Assembly (NCBI GenBank): GCA_903819605.1
Contig: CAIJEA010000428.1
Coordinates: 1-33,628 of the forward strand
DNA length: 33,628 bases
From: an uncultured cyanobacterium
GTDB lineage: Bacteria > Cyanobacteriota > Cyanobacteriia > Pseudanabaenales > Pseudanabaenaceae
Direction: 5' to 3'
In this document: in pieces, positions 9,453 through 20,600 of the stretch
Layout: each line of letters begins with the position of its first letter
How positions within the stretch are numbered: the stretch's first letter is position 1
Made by a program: the position numbers and the translations under genes
Notes under the pieces: generated by a model
The model's input: the letters and a program-made list of their open reading frames with translations, nothing else
What the model was told of the DNA's origin: nothing
The model's database searches: none

Positions 9453-10894
9453 AACCGAAAGAAACATTTTTTGTTATTCCCACCTATCGCTTAAGAGATG
9501 TCGCCGAAACGATCGAAGAATACGATCGCAATTTCTGGGCAAATGGACATTCTCCTAAAATCATTATTTTTGACGATTCAAGTCTAGTTAACTATGAGAA
9601 GTACTATCCACTTCTCGAACAAACTAAAACCGTCAATGACATCTTTTATGTGGGGCCCCGTGAAAAAGAGCAGTTTATTACCCTCCTGAGCGATCGCTTA
9701 CGGGATAAAAAACTTGATTCTTTGGTCAGAAATCTATTTCGTCCCAGCTATGGTGGCAATCGCAACTTTACGCTGATGTATACGCTTGGGCATTTGATGG
9801 TCAGTTCTGATGATGATATGCGACCTGATGCCCTCATCGAAACTAGTCCAGAATCCTTAACCAGCGATGAAATTTGTCGAGGTAAATTGTTCCGTAAAGG
9901 CGAAAGCGGCTACGTGCATCGCTCCTTTGATTTACTCACAGCCTTTGAGGATGTCTTGGGTAAAAAGGTCAGTCAAATTCCTGAAAACTACGAGATTGGC
10001 GAACTCGTTGTGGACAGCACCATGGATCTGGAAACTAACACGACCAAGGGTTATTTTCGGGAAAGTTCGCTCCTATTGAGATCGGGACATATCTCTGAAG
10101 ATGCGATCGTGAAAATGGCGCAAACCTTCCGCACTGGAACCAATGACATTGATACGCTGGACTTCGTGCAGATGTATCTCAATAACGATAGCCAAATCAA
10201 TCCAGATGATTTGAATGAACTGTATGTTTTGGTTAATTTCCGCCCCGTTGTCACCAACAAAAACTGGCGCATGGATTGTGGTGTCGCTGGCTATGACAAT
10301 CGCTTAGGTTTACCTCCATTCTTTCCGACGAGATTGCGATTTGAGGACTACATTTACAGGCTTTGGATACAGCAAGAAAACATTGTGGCAGCCCATGTCG
10401 ATGCGGTGCAGAATCATAATCGCAACAACTATATGCGTAGTCCCTTGGTGAGTGAGATTTTCAATGAAGAAATTTCTAACTTACTAAAGCGAAAGATTAA
10501 AGATAGTCTTTATCACCTCGATGATTTGACCATCAAATTTGGCTATAATGGAGATGTAACTTTGGAAGATTCAGAGGAAATCTTACAGAAAATCACGACG
10601 ACCCATACCGAGATCGTCAAAGCCGCACAAAAGGCACAGGATGAAGACCGTAAGGAATCTCTTCAACTCTTTGCCGCAAATTTATCGAGAGTCTTCTATG
10701 GATTTGAGCCAGACTTCTTTCAGCAAAATGTTTCGAGAATCGTGGATGATGTAGTGAGTCAGTTTCATGCTGCTCTAGAGATTTGGCCGACATTGGTAGA
10801 AATCTGTTACTTCCAGAAGGATAAACAGGATTTGCCTCAAGTTAGAGTTAACAATCAAAAGCTCAAAACTAGAAATGGCGCTAAATCAGTGTGA
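9449..10894 (+). CDS. Uncharacterised GT-A-fold (GT2-like) nucleotide-sugar-dependent enzyme
   Basis: FFVIPTYR first strand, IIIFDDS, SYGGNRN, hydrophobic strand ending SSDDD (DxD), later RFED acidic motif, helical C-terminal region. Confidence 0.6.
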   Translation: MKPKETFFVIPTYRLRDVAETIEEYDRNFWANGHSPKIIIFDDSSLVNYEKYYPLLEQTKTVNDIFYVGPREKEQFITLLSDRLRDKKLDSLVRNLFRPSYGGNRNFTLMYTLGHLMVSSDDDMRPDALIETSPESLTSDEICRGKLFRKGESGYVHRSFDLLTAFEDVLGKKVSQIPENYEIGELVVDSTMDLETNTTKGYFRESSLLLRSGHISEDAIVKMAQTFRTGTNDIDTLDFVQMYLNNDSQINPDDLNELYVLVNFRPVVTNKNWRMDCGVAGYDNRLGLPPFFPTRLRFEDYIYRLWIQQENIVAAHVDAVQNHNRNNYMRSPLVSEIFNEEISNLLKRKIKDSLYHLDDLTIKFGYNGDVTLEDSEEILQKITTTHTEIVKAAQKAQDEDRKESLQLFAANLSRVFYGFEPDFFQQNVSRIVDDVVSQFHAALEIWPTLVEICYFQKDKQDLPQVRVNNQKLKTRNGAKSV

Positions 10895-11051
10895 GTAAAT
10901 GTGGCACAAATCTCGCGTCACATCTACCTAAAACCTAAAAGTAGAGACAATCAAATGTTTGCTTTAACATCATATGCGCGAAGATTTTGCCTCCACGCTT
11001 GCCCTATTCATCGCAAGATATCATATGTTGCCCTTCAAGAACTCAAATGCT

Positions 11052-14000
11052 TTATAAAAGCTTGCTACGGTAAGGTATTGTAATTACGAATTCAGTGAAT
11101 TCACCAAGTTTACTATCGATCGCGATCGCACCTTGATGCTGCTTAACGATAATGTCGTAGGTGAGAGAAAGTCCTAATCCAGTTCCCGAACCTGGAGGTT
11201 TAGTTGTGAAAAAAGGATCTAGTATTTTACTTTGGATTTGAGGATCGATCCCACAACCATTATCACGAATGCGGATTTCAACCTGTTCAACAACTAGTTT
11301 CGTTGAAATAATCAATGTTGGAATATATTTAATATCTGCTTCAGATTTTTTGAAACGGGTCGCATCAAATGCATTATCAATTAAGTTAATGAAAGCTCGG
11401 AGCAATGTGCTGGGAAATACTTCTATTAAACCTATATCATTGTCATAGTCAGCTTGGATATCTACTTTAAATTTAGCATCCTGCACCCACTTGGCATAAA
11501 CCACCAGTTTTATCGACTCTTTGAGTAGATCGTTAATTTGCTTTAGTTCGGTGGAATATTGATGGGGATCGGTTCGAGCATGTAGCATCATGCTTGTAAT
11601 AATATCTGCGGCACGTTGGCTATGATGGCGAATAGTACTAGCATTCTCCTGTAAATCAGCGATCAATGTTTCGATAAAATTAGTAGTTTGGGAGTCTTGC
11701 ATTTCCATACTAGGCTGAAGAATTTCTAGAAGCTCATGGGTTAGCTCTATAGAACCTTCAGCATAATTTTTGACAAAATTAAGGGGATTACGCAATTCGT
11801 GAGCAACTCCTGCCGTAAGCGTACCAAGAGAAGCCAACTTCTCTTGGGCAATAATCTGTTCTTGGGCAGATCTTAGCTCAGCAGTTCTTTCTTCTATGCG
11901 ATATTCAAGGGTGAGGGAATATTCTTCAAGTTTTTGATTCGCTTGTCCAAGTTCTTGATTCAGTTGGGATAATTCTTGTAAAAGTCGATCGCGTTCTAAT
12001 TCTGATTGTTTGCGATCGCTAATATCCTTAACAACACCGATGAGTTGCCATTCATCAAGAGAGACATTATGATGCATGATTCCCCAAACAGCAATCCAGC
12101 ATACTTTACCATCTAGTCGTTTAATCCTATACTCAATCTGGTATGGAGCACCTGTCTCAAAGGTATCGGCGATCGCCCTTGTTACTTGCTCGTAATCATC
12201 TGGATGCACCATAGACAGGAAGGTGTCGCGATCGTTGGGAAAAGTACCAGGAACAAAGCCAAAGATTTCTTGAGAACGATCTGACCAATAGAGATATCCT
12301 TTCTGCATGTTGCAACTCCAACTACCCATCTTCGCAGCTTCTAGAGCTATTTGGAGTCTGAGTCTCTCTTTTTGTAACTTCTCCTGACTTACGCGAATCG
12401 ATTCTTCCGCTTGTTTCCGTTCTGTGATATCAAGAGCTACACCAATGATCCGAAGTCCAGAACCCCATTGATCTTGAACTACTTTCCCATTCACGGCGAC
12501 CCAACGTATTTCGCCATGAAGATGGTTAATGCGATATTCAACCTTATAGGGAGATTGCGTCGTCAAACTATGGGCAAGGGCATTAAATACCCGTTCTTGG
12601 TCATCGGCATAAACTAGTTTTAAGAAAGATTCGCGATCGCCTGGAAATGTCCTAGGAGCATATCCAAAAATAGCTTCGGTTCTCTCTGACCAGTAGCCTG
12701 TATCCATATTAGATTCCCACGTCCCCATCTCCGCAGCTTCTAGAGCCACTTGCAACCGTAATCTTTCGGATTGTAAATTTTGTTCAGCGATTTTGCGATC
12801 GCTAATATCTTGAATGACACCAATGTAATACTGCGGTTCTCCAAGAATATCTCTTGCTAAAGAGACAGCCAAATTAGTCCAGACAATCTGCCCATCTTTA
12901 CGGATGTAACGTTTTTCTATGACAAAGGTTTGGATTTCTCCTGAGAGCAACCGACGAGTGTTGTCATTGTCTATTACGAGATCGTCAGGGTAAGTCACTT
13001 CGGCAAAAGATTTTGATAACAGTTCAGCGTCTGAATAACCTACAATGTCGCAATATTTTTGGTTCATTTGCATATATTTACCATCGATCCTATTTTGAGA
13101 AATCCCAACGGCAGCTTGCTCAAAGGTAGCGCGAAAGCGTTCTTCACTTTCTTGTAGGGCAATTTCCGATTGTTTGTCGGCAGTAATATCATCAGAAATA
13201 CAGATCAAATAATCAGGATTACCATGCTCATCGAATATAGGAACCTTAACTGTATGTAAAATCCTTCTCCCTAATGTCAAACTATCGATCGGCTCTTCAG
13301 GAATATCCTCAGTTATTCCCAATGCAAATGACGAACGATCCTTCTCATGAAAGAAGTCTGATTGCTCCTTCGGGAAAAAGTCATAGACTGTCTTCCCAAT
13401 AGCTTGCTCTTTGCTGCACCCAAACATGCGTTCACAGGTATTATTCCACAATACAAATTTGCCGAAACTTTCTTCTTTACCACTTTTGACGAATAGGGCC
13501 AATGGGATATTTTCAATAATTGCTTCTAAAAAGTTACGTGCTTTTAGCAAATCCTGTGTTCGTTCTATCACACGTTGCTCTAGTTTTTCGTTTAATATTT
13601 GTAAATCTTCAAACGCTCGCATTCTTTCCAATTCAGCAACTGCTCGTGCCCCGAAAATGTGAAGCAACATTTCTGCCCGTTGAGGATTGGTTACCGATTG
13701 AGGATTAAGGGTAAATAAGACACCGAGCGATTTACCCGTAGTATCGCGTAGAGACACTCCATGGTAGCAATTCACATTCATGTCCTCCCATTTATCATTC
13801 TCAAATGGGAAATATTGCCTCATGTCATTACAGAAATAAGTACCTTCGCGTACTGTGAATTCACAGGGAGTATGGGCAATTTGATAGGTGAGTTTAGTAG
13901 GCTGAATCCGTTCGTCTGCATACCATGCTAGAGTTTCCAAATTTTCGCCAACCTGCTGCGAAATATAAACATGGGAGACATCAAGGGCGATCGCAATATT

Positions 14001-16406
14001 TTTTACTAATTCTGGAAAAAACTCCTTGCCAGTTACCGAAGCGGTAACTTCTAAAAGACTTTGGAGTGCTAATTCTGATTGCACGCGATCGCTAATATCT
14101 ATAGCAATTCCCGCAGTGCCAATTGCCTCGCTACAATCGTTAATTACGGGAGACTTGATCGTCTCTAACCATTGATTCGTTCCGCTGGCGGTAAGGAAGT
14201 GTTCCTCAATCCGCTTTTGCATCCCAGAATCCATAACTTCGCGATCGTCTCGTCTATATGCTTCTGCTAGACTGCGATCCCAGATATCCAAGTCGGTAAT
14301 CCCGACTAATTGGGAAACTTCATATCCAGTGGCACGAGCAAATGGTTCATTAACTGCCAAAAATCTACCATCACGATCCTTTAGCCAAGCAATGTGGGGA
14401 ATGTTGTTGAGTAATGTTGATAGCTGTTGTTCGCGTTCTTTAGCTATTTCTTCACTTTTTTTGATCGCTTGCTCAGCTAGTTTGCGATCGCTGATATCTC
14501 TGACTAGTAATAAGACTTCATTTTCATTATATGGAACAACTCTAACTTCTTCCGTCTGGATCTCGCCATCAACGGATAGCTCCTGTTCGTAAAATTGTAT
14601 GGATTGAGTTGCAAGAGAGCATCTAATCATCTCCATCCGTTTTTGAGCAATCTCTAGAGGTAAGCTTTCGTGAACCTTTGTGCCTATAAATTCTTCAGTT
14701 CTATGAATAACTCTATAGTTGTCTGGAGCTTGAAATTCTAAGTATGTTCCATTTTTGTCTATACGCATAATTAGATCTGGCAAAGCCTTAAATAGAGCTA
14801 ACTTATGAGAATCTCTACTCCTGATTGCAACTTCCGAAAGTTTGCGATCGGTGATGTCGCGCACAATAATCAAAAAATCATCTCCACAAGGTATGAGCCT
14901 TACTTCTTCGTAACATTCGACCCCATAGCGTTGAAGTTTTTGCTCCCAGACCTGAAGTTCTCCAGTTTTCCTTGCTTGCTGTATGCGCTGCAACTCATGT
15001 TCTAGAATATCTGATGGAAGTATCTCCGATAAGTGTTGACTAATGGGCAAAAAATCAACTGTAGAAGAAGATGGCGGGATATAGTCTATACAAGTGCCAT
15101 CGATTTTAACCCGAAGCAGCAAGTCAGGAATTGCGGACAGCATAGATCGATTTTCCTGTTCACTTTGCCGCTGTCTCGCTTCTGCTAATTTGCGATCGGT
15201 GATATCGGTAAGCGAGCCAACATAACTAATTATGTTCCCTTTAGGATCGATTTCTGGCAAAACTTGGCAGTAAAACCAGCAAATACTTCCATCAGGGCGT
15301 AAATAGCGTCCTTCCCCCTCATAATAACCTCCTAATTGAAATGCTTCATCCCATTCTCTGGGGATGCGATCGCGATCTTCTGGATGTAAGGTCTCAATCC
15401 AGCCCAGCCCCATAGCGACAGATGACGGTCTACCTGTCATGTCACTCCAACGGTTATTGACATAAACGCATTGACCTAATTCATCAAACCGAAAGATACC
15501 TACCGCCGCAACTTCAGTAAGCATTCGATAGCGTTCTTCACTTTCTTTTAAAGCAATTTCAGCTAATTTGCGCTCGGTAATTGTTTGAGCAAACATAATA
15601 ATGCCGCCGATTTTATTGTCATCGGTATACCAAGGGTGGATTTCCCATTGCCTCCAAATGATCGCGCCATCAGCACGAATAAAGCAATCTTCATCACATC
15701 TTTCAATCGCTCCACCTAAACAGTGCTGATGAATTTCTCTCCATCGTTCGGGCAGTTCGGGGAAAATATCGTAATGCGATCGCCCAATAATATCTCGATC
15801 TACTAATTGATAGTCCTCCTTCCAACGCTGAGATGTAAGCAGATATCGCATTTCGCGATCGAACATTGCTACAGACGCAGGTGTATGCTCAACAAACAGA
15901 CGGAGTTGTCTAGTGCGATCCTGTACCTGCCTTTCTAAGCTAGCATTCAAGACCTCTACTTTACATTTTGCCTGTTCAAGGGCTAAATATTGCTGTTCGA
16001 TTTTGCGATCTTGCTCATACCGTCTTAAAGCCTCGGCTACAGTTAATTGCAAATCTGTCTCATTCCAAGGTTTCGATATAAACCGATAGAGGCTTCCACG
16101 ATTAATCACATTACCAATATCTTCGGCACTTGCTTCCCCTGTTAGCATCACTTTAATGATTTCTGGATACCGATTATGGAGTTCGATCAATAACTCGTCG
16201 CCTTGCATCTCTGGCATAATCTGGTCAGCAATTATGAGCGAAATATGCATTCCATTAGAGAGGATATCTTCGACAACTTCTAGAGCCTCAGTCCCACTTT
16301 CGGCAATTTCAACATTACAATCAGGAAAACATCGAAGTAATTGCGCCCTAAGGGTAAGGAGAACATTACGTTCATTATCAACACAAAGGATAGTCGGATT
16401 AATCAT
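11052..16406 (-). CDS. Hybrid sensor kinase: REC - multiple PAS/PAC - GAF-like - PAS - HisKA/HATPase
   Basis: N-terminal REC (ADQIMPEMQG, MLTG, KPW), many DI(S/T)(D/E)RK PAC ends, QEKLASLGTLTAGVAHELRNPLNF, DNGCGI, DPFFTTKPPGSGTGLGL. No TM segments seen. Confidence 0.93.
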   Translation of the reverse strand: MINPTILCVDNERNVLLTLRAQLLRCFPDCNVEIAESGTEALEVVEDILSNGMHISLIIADQIMPEMQGDELLIELHNRYPEIIKVMLTGEASAEDIGNVINRGSLYRFISKPWNETDLQLTVAEALRRYEQDRKIEQQYLALEQAKCKVEVLNASLERQVQDRTRQLRLFVEHTPASVAMFDREMRYLLTSQRWKEDYQLVDRDIIGRSHYDIFPELPERWREIHQHCLGGAIERCDEDCFIRADGAIIWRQWEIHPWYTDDNKIGGIIMFAQTITERKLAEIALKESEERYRMLTEVAAVGIFRFDELGQCVYVNNRWSDMTGRPSSVAMGLGWIETLHPEDRDRIPREWDEAFQLGGYYEGEGRYLRPDGSICWFYCQVLPEIDPKGNIISYVGSLTDITDRKLAEARQRQSEQENRSMLSAIPDLLLRVKIDGTCIDYIPPSSSTVDFLPISQHLSEILPSDILEHELQRIQQARKTGELQVWEQKLQRYGVECYEEVRLIPCGDDFLIIVRDITDRKLSEVAIRSRDSHKLALFKALPDLIMRIDKNGTYLEFQAPDNYRVIHRTEEFIGTKVHESLPLEIAQKRMEMIRCSLATQSIQFYEQELSVDGEIQTEEVRVVPYNENEVLLLVRDISDRKLAEQAIKKSEEIAKEREQQLSTLLNNIPHIAWLKDRDGRFLAVNEPFARATGYEVSQLVGITDLDIWDRSLAEAYRRDDREVMDSGMQKRIEEHFLTASGTNQWLETIKSPVINDCSEAIGTAGIAIDISDRVQSELALQSLLEVTASVTGKEFFPELVKNIAIALDVSHVYISQQVGENLETLAWYADERIQPTKLTYQIAHTPCEFTVREGTYFCNDMRQYFPFENDKWEDMNVNCYHGVSLRDTTGKSLGVLFTLNPQSVTNPQRAEMLLHIFGARAVAELERMRAFEDLQILNEKLEQRVIERTQDLLKARNFLEAIIENIPLALFVKSGKEESFGKFVLWNNTCERMFGCSKEQAIGKTVYDFFPKEQSDFFHEKDRSSFALGITEDIPEEPIDSLTLGRRILHTVKVPIFDEHGNPDYLICISDDITADKQSEIALQESEERFRATFEQAAVGISQNRIDGKYMQMNQKYCDIVGYSDAELLSKSFAEVTYPDDLVIDNDNTRRLLSGEIQTFVIEKRYIRKDGQIVWTNLAVSLARDILGEPQYYIGVIQDISDRKIAEQNLQSERLRLQVALEAAEMGTWESNMDTGYWSERTEAIFGYAPRTFPGDRESFLKLVYADDQERVFNALAHSLTTQSPYKVEYRINHLHGEIRWVAVNGKVVQDQWGSGLRIIGVALDITERKQAEESIRVSQEKLQKERLRLQIALEAAKMGSWSCNMQKGYLYWSDRSQEIFGFVPGTFPNDRDTFLSMVHPDDYEQVTRAIADTFETGAPYQIEYRIKRLDGKVCWIAVWGIMHHNVSLDEWQLIGVVKDISDRKQSELERDRLLQELSQLNQELGQANQKLEEYSLTLEYRIEERTAELRSAQEQIIAQEKLASLGTLTAGVAHELRNPLNFVKNYAEGSIELTHELLEILQPSMEMQDSQTTNFIETLIADLQENASTIRHHSQRAADIITSMMLHARTDPHQYSTELKQINDLLKESIKLVVYAKWVQDAKFKVDIQADYDNDIGLIEVFPSTLLRAFINLIDNAFDATRFKKSEADIKYIPTLIISTKLVVEQVEIRIRDNGCGIDPQIQSKILDPFFTTKPPGSGTGLGLSLTYDIIVKQHQGAIAIDSKLGEFTEFVITIPYRSKLL

Positions 16407-16475
16407 GAGTTGTCCCTAAAGTCTTGTTAACAAAAAAGTGATAAAAATTTAGTGTTTCAGATTGCCAAAGTGGAA

Positions 16476-17684
16476 CTAATTTATACATCTAGAAGGTAAT
16501 CGCACTCTGAAGCGGCTACCCTGACTCATAGGTTTGATAAGATCGACATTACCTCCGTGAAGTTCTACGATTTGCTTTACAATTGTGAGTCCTAATCCCA
16601 AACCTTCATACTGGCGGTTGAGCCCGCTATCAATTTGAACGAAGGGTTGAAATAGCTTTTCTTGGTCGGTTGAAGAAATGCTAATACCTGTATCAGTAAC
16701 TGAAAAATTAATCCAATATTTAAAATTCTGCTCTTCCATCTCTACATCTAGACTCACCTTACCGCCCATGGGAGTAAATTTAACAGCATTATTAAGTAAA
16801 TTGATTAATACTTGTCTCATTCGCTCCTCATCAGCTTCAATAATCCCTATGTTTGGTGATATGTTTGTCGTAATTTGAATTTGTTTGTTCATAGCCTGTT
16901 GTTGCACATTGTCTAGGCTGGATTTACACAAATCAGCGATCGCAACAGGTTTTATATCTAATTTCATCTTGCCAGATGTAAGTTTTGAGACATCTAAAAT
17001 GTCATTAATTAGTTTTAGAAGATGCCTACCGCTACTTTCAATGGCGGAGATCGCCTCCTCTTGACTTGGGTTAACTTCACCAAATACTTGATCCTGAAGA
17101 CATTCTGCCATTCCGAGAATCGCATTAAGGGGCGTGCGTAATTCATGGCTTATCGTCGCCAGAAATTCATCTTTTAACTTGGCTAGTTGCATAAGCCCTG
17201 TATTGGCACGTTCAAGATTAGCATTTGCCCCCATCAGTTCCAGATTAGTTTGCTCTAAGTCCAACTGTTGTTTGACAAGTTGTTGATCCTGTTGATAGCT
17301 CCGTAAAGCTCCTGCAACAGTTAGTTTTAGATCCATCTCATCCCATGGTTTGGAGATAAACCGATAAAGACTTCCGTGATTAACCACATTACCTAAATTT
17401 TCGACACTGGCATGTCCAGTAAGCATTACTTTGAGAATTTCAGGATGGCGGGCATGAAGCTCAATTAAGAGTTCATCTCCTCTCATACTTGGCATAATCT
17501 GATCGACAATTACTAACGGTAGCTCTACTCCAGAAGCAAAAATATCCTCTACAACCTCCAAAGCTTCAGCACCACTTTCAGCAAGTTCAATAGTACAATC
17601 AGGAAAATGACGTATTAATTGATTTCTCAATGTGAGTAGGACATTGTGTTCATCATCTACGCAAAGAATTGTGGTTTTACTCAT
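16476..17684 (-). CDS. Hybrid REC-histidine kinase
   Basis: REC (VDDE, VDQIMP, KPW), KDEFLATISHELRTPLNAILG, NLLNNAVKFT, FQPFVQID, GLGLGL. Confidence 0.92.
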   Translation of the reverse strand: MSKTTILCVDDEHNVLLTLRNQLIRHFPDCTIELAESGAEALEVVEDIFASGVELPLVIVDQIMPSMRGDELLIELHARHPEILKVMLTGHASVENLGNVVNHGSLYRFISKPWDEMDLKLTVAGALRSYQQDQQLVKQQLDLEQTNLELMGANANLERANTGLMQLAKLKDEFLATISHELRTPLNAILGMAECLQDQVFGEVNPSQEEAISAIESSGRHLLKLINDILDVSKLTSGKMKLDIKPVAIADLCKSSLDNVQQQAMNKQIQITTNISPNIGIIEADEERMRQVLINLLNNAVKFTPMGGKVSLDVEMEEQNFKYWINFSVTDTGISISSTDQEKLFQPFVQIDSGLNRQYEGLGLGLTIVKQIVELHGGNVDLIKPMSQGSRFRVRLPSRCIN

Positions 17685-20600
17685 CGATCGACTCCAAAGA
17701 TGGTACTGATTTCAATTGTGATAGTGTAGGGAGAATAACCAAGAAAGTAGTACGCCCTTTTTGACTGCGAACTTGAATATCACCATCATGCTTATGCACT
17801 ATCTGTCGCACAATATCTAGCCCTAATCCACTACCAGCACCCCTCGGCTTAGTCGTAAAAAATGGCTCGAAAAGTTGAGTTAGTAGTTCCTCAGGAATTC
17901 CGTCACCAGAATCTGTAATTTCAACTACAACTCGTCCTTCTTGTTGCGTTATCGATATTTCTAATTGACCCTGCTGACCGATCGCATAGATCGCATTGTC
18001 AATTAAATTAACCCACACTTGAGTCAGCTCATCAGAGTTCCCAAGAATGTCAGGCACTTCACCATAGTTGCGGATTAACTCGATCCCCTGTTTTAGTCGA
18101 TTTTGATAAAGTGTCAGGGCAATTTCAATACTATCTCTAAGTTGCACGGAACTTTTCTCTTCTGATTGCCTTTGATGGCTGTAGGTTTTCAGCGCAAAGA
18201 CAATTTTAGCAGCACGATCTACTTCCTGTAGAATACAGCTTGTACTTTGATGTTGCAAAACCATGTTATAAGCTACCTCTAAAATTTCATCGCAGTTGGC
18301 TGCTTTTAGGATCGATTGATAGGGTTGTAAGTCTGGATTTGCTTGCAGTAAGGTGAGTTGAATGGCGATATTGTGAAAGTTGTCAATACCATCAGCTTCA
18401 AGGAGCAGTTCAAATTGTTTGCGGAGTTGCCGTTCTGCTTTGGTAGAGATTGTCTGTTGATTTTGCCGAGATGTTTTTACCAACTCTAAAAACTCTTCTT
18501 TCTGTTGAGGTGAAAGATTCTGGAGAAGGTCTGGAAGTTTCTGGAGGGAGACGTTAAGGGCTGACACAACATTATTAGTAGCTGAGCGAATTACTCCTAA
18601 TGGCGTGTTAACTTCATGGGCAATGCTAGCCGTAAGTTGTCCCAGTACTGCCATTTTCTCAGAATGTATGAGTTCTCTTTGGGTAGCTTGTAGATTTGAT
18701 AGGGCCTGTGAAAGTTCTTCGGTTCGTTCCGCTACTTTTTGTTCTAGGGTTAGGGAATAGTCGGCTAGTTGTTGTGATTGCTGTTGAAGTTGTGCTTCTG
18801 TCGCTTTGCGATCGCTAACATCGCGAGCCACCCAAATAACAGATTGATCGTTTAATGGAGAACATTTTGCACTAAAGAAATGCTCTTTATCTTGGATAAC
18901 GATACTATATTCAGTTTCAAGAGTTCTTTGAGCTTTGAGAGTTTGACAGATCGTCAATAAAAATTGATTTGTTTGTTCGGGCGAGAAAAAATCTCCAATT
19001 TTTCTGCCGATCAACTGCTCAGCAGGTAGATATAAGTTATTGGGATTAGTAGGAGCGATCTTTTGATATGTTCCCGCTCGATCCATCACAAGCACAACAT
19101 CGTCCATCCCTAAGAATAAACCACGAAGTTCAGCTTCAGATTCTTTTAATGCTGCCTCGGCTCGTTTACGATCGCTGATATCGCGAAAGCACCATATCCT
19201 GCCATAGGGATTGCCAAAGGAAGATTTTACTGTGGTAGAAGTCCGTTCTAAGACTCGCCCATCCTTAAGACATATTTCATCAAAACTAGTTTCATTTGGA
19301 TGTTGATAGAGATACTCCACCTTCTTCAAAAACTCATCTGGTCGATCTAGACTATCCAACACAAATCTCAAAAGCTGGTAATCATCTTTGGTGTCAAGGA
19401 TTTTCTGGGGAATACCCCATAGCTTGCTAAATCTTTGATTATAGGCACTAACTCGTCGATTTTCATCAATCACTAAAATGCCATCTGGAGAGGATTCACG
19501 CTGAGCCTCTAGGAAAGCGTTGCTTTGCTGAAGTTTGATGGCAGATTGTTGACTTTCTGAAAACAGTTGAGCAGTTTCGAGGGAAATCGCAACTTGGGTA
19601 CAGATGAGGTTAAGCACTTCAAGGCGATCGCTTGTAAACGCTCCCACTGTCAAACTATTTTCTAGATATAAAATCCCCAGCAATTGCCCTTGCTTGAGAA
19701 TGGGAGTACATAGAACGCTTTTGGGTTGGTGTTTAAGTATGTAGCGATCGCTAGCAAATTGCGTATCTTGCCTCACATCGCTCAAAACCAACGGCTGTAA
19801 ACTTCGCTTAACCTTATTTGCCAAACTAATCGCTATATCTTCGCTTAAGTCCAGAGATATCGGTGAGGATAGGATTTGCGGTTGCTGTCCAGATTCTACT
19901 AGAGCTGCGATTTGTAATTCCTGTTCTACTTGCAGTAGTAAGACGCATTTATCCGCACCAGCATTAGCGATCGCAATATTTAAAAGCGTTGCCAAAAGTT
20001 TATCAAATTCTATTTCTTGAGAAATCGCTTGAGAGGCTTTGATTAGGCTCGCAAGATCTATTGCCTCAGAGTCAGCACCAGAAGATTGGGAAGTAGTTCT
20101 CTTAGGCAAATTAGAGGGATGAGGTTTAAGAAGAATAGGAGCCAATAGTTGGGGATAACGTTTCTCTAAGTCATTGACTTTAGCCTTTGCCCCCCAACGC
20201 ACATAGCAATAATATGACTCAACCACATAAACTTGAGCTATTTTTTCTTTCCCCCATTCCAAATAGAATTTGGCGGCAAGCTCATTAGCTAAGGCTTCTT
20301 CTTGCATATAGCCATTCTCCTTGGCTCCCGCGATCGCCAGATCGTATAACGAGATCGCTTGACTTGCCTTTCCCAAAACACGAAGTTGCTCAGCTTTTAA
20401 TAATAGAAGCTTATGTTGGTAATTCATCGGAGCAGATTTTGCTATCTGAAGAAGATGATTGTGAGCAGTCTTAACTTTTTTAAGATAGTCTCTTTTTTTT
20501 GATTTGTTTACAAGGGGATATATCGCTAATCTAACCAAAGCATCATAAAAATAGAAAAGCGTTTTGGATATAGTGCCATCAATAATTCCTACTAGCTTTT

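Noticed and set aside
10901-11083. 60-aa GTG-start ORF
   Set aside because: No motif or RBS, and it overlaps the convergent kinase end
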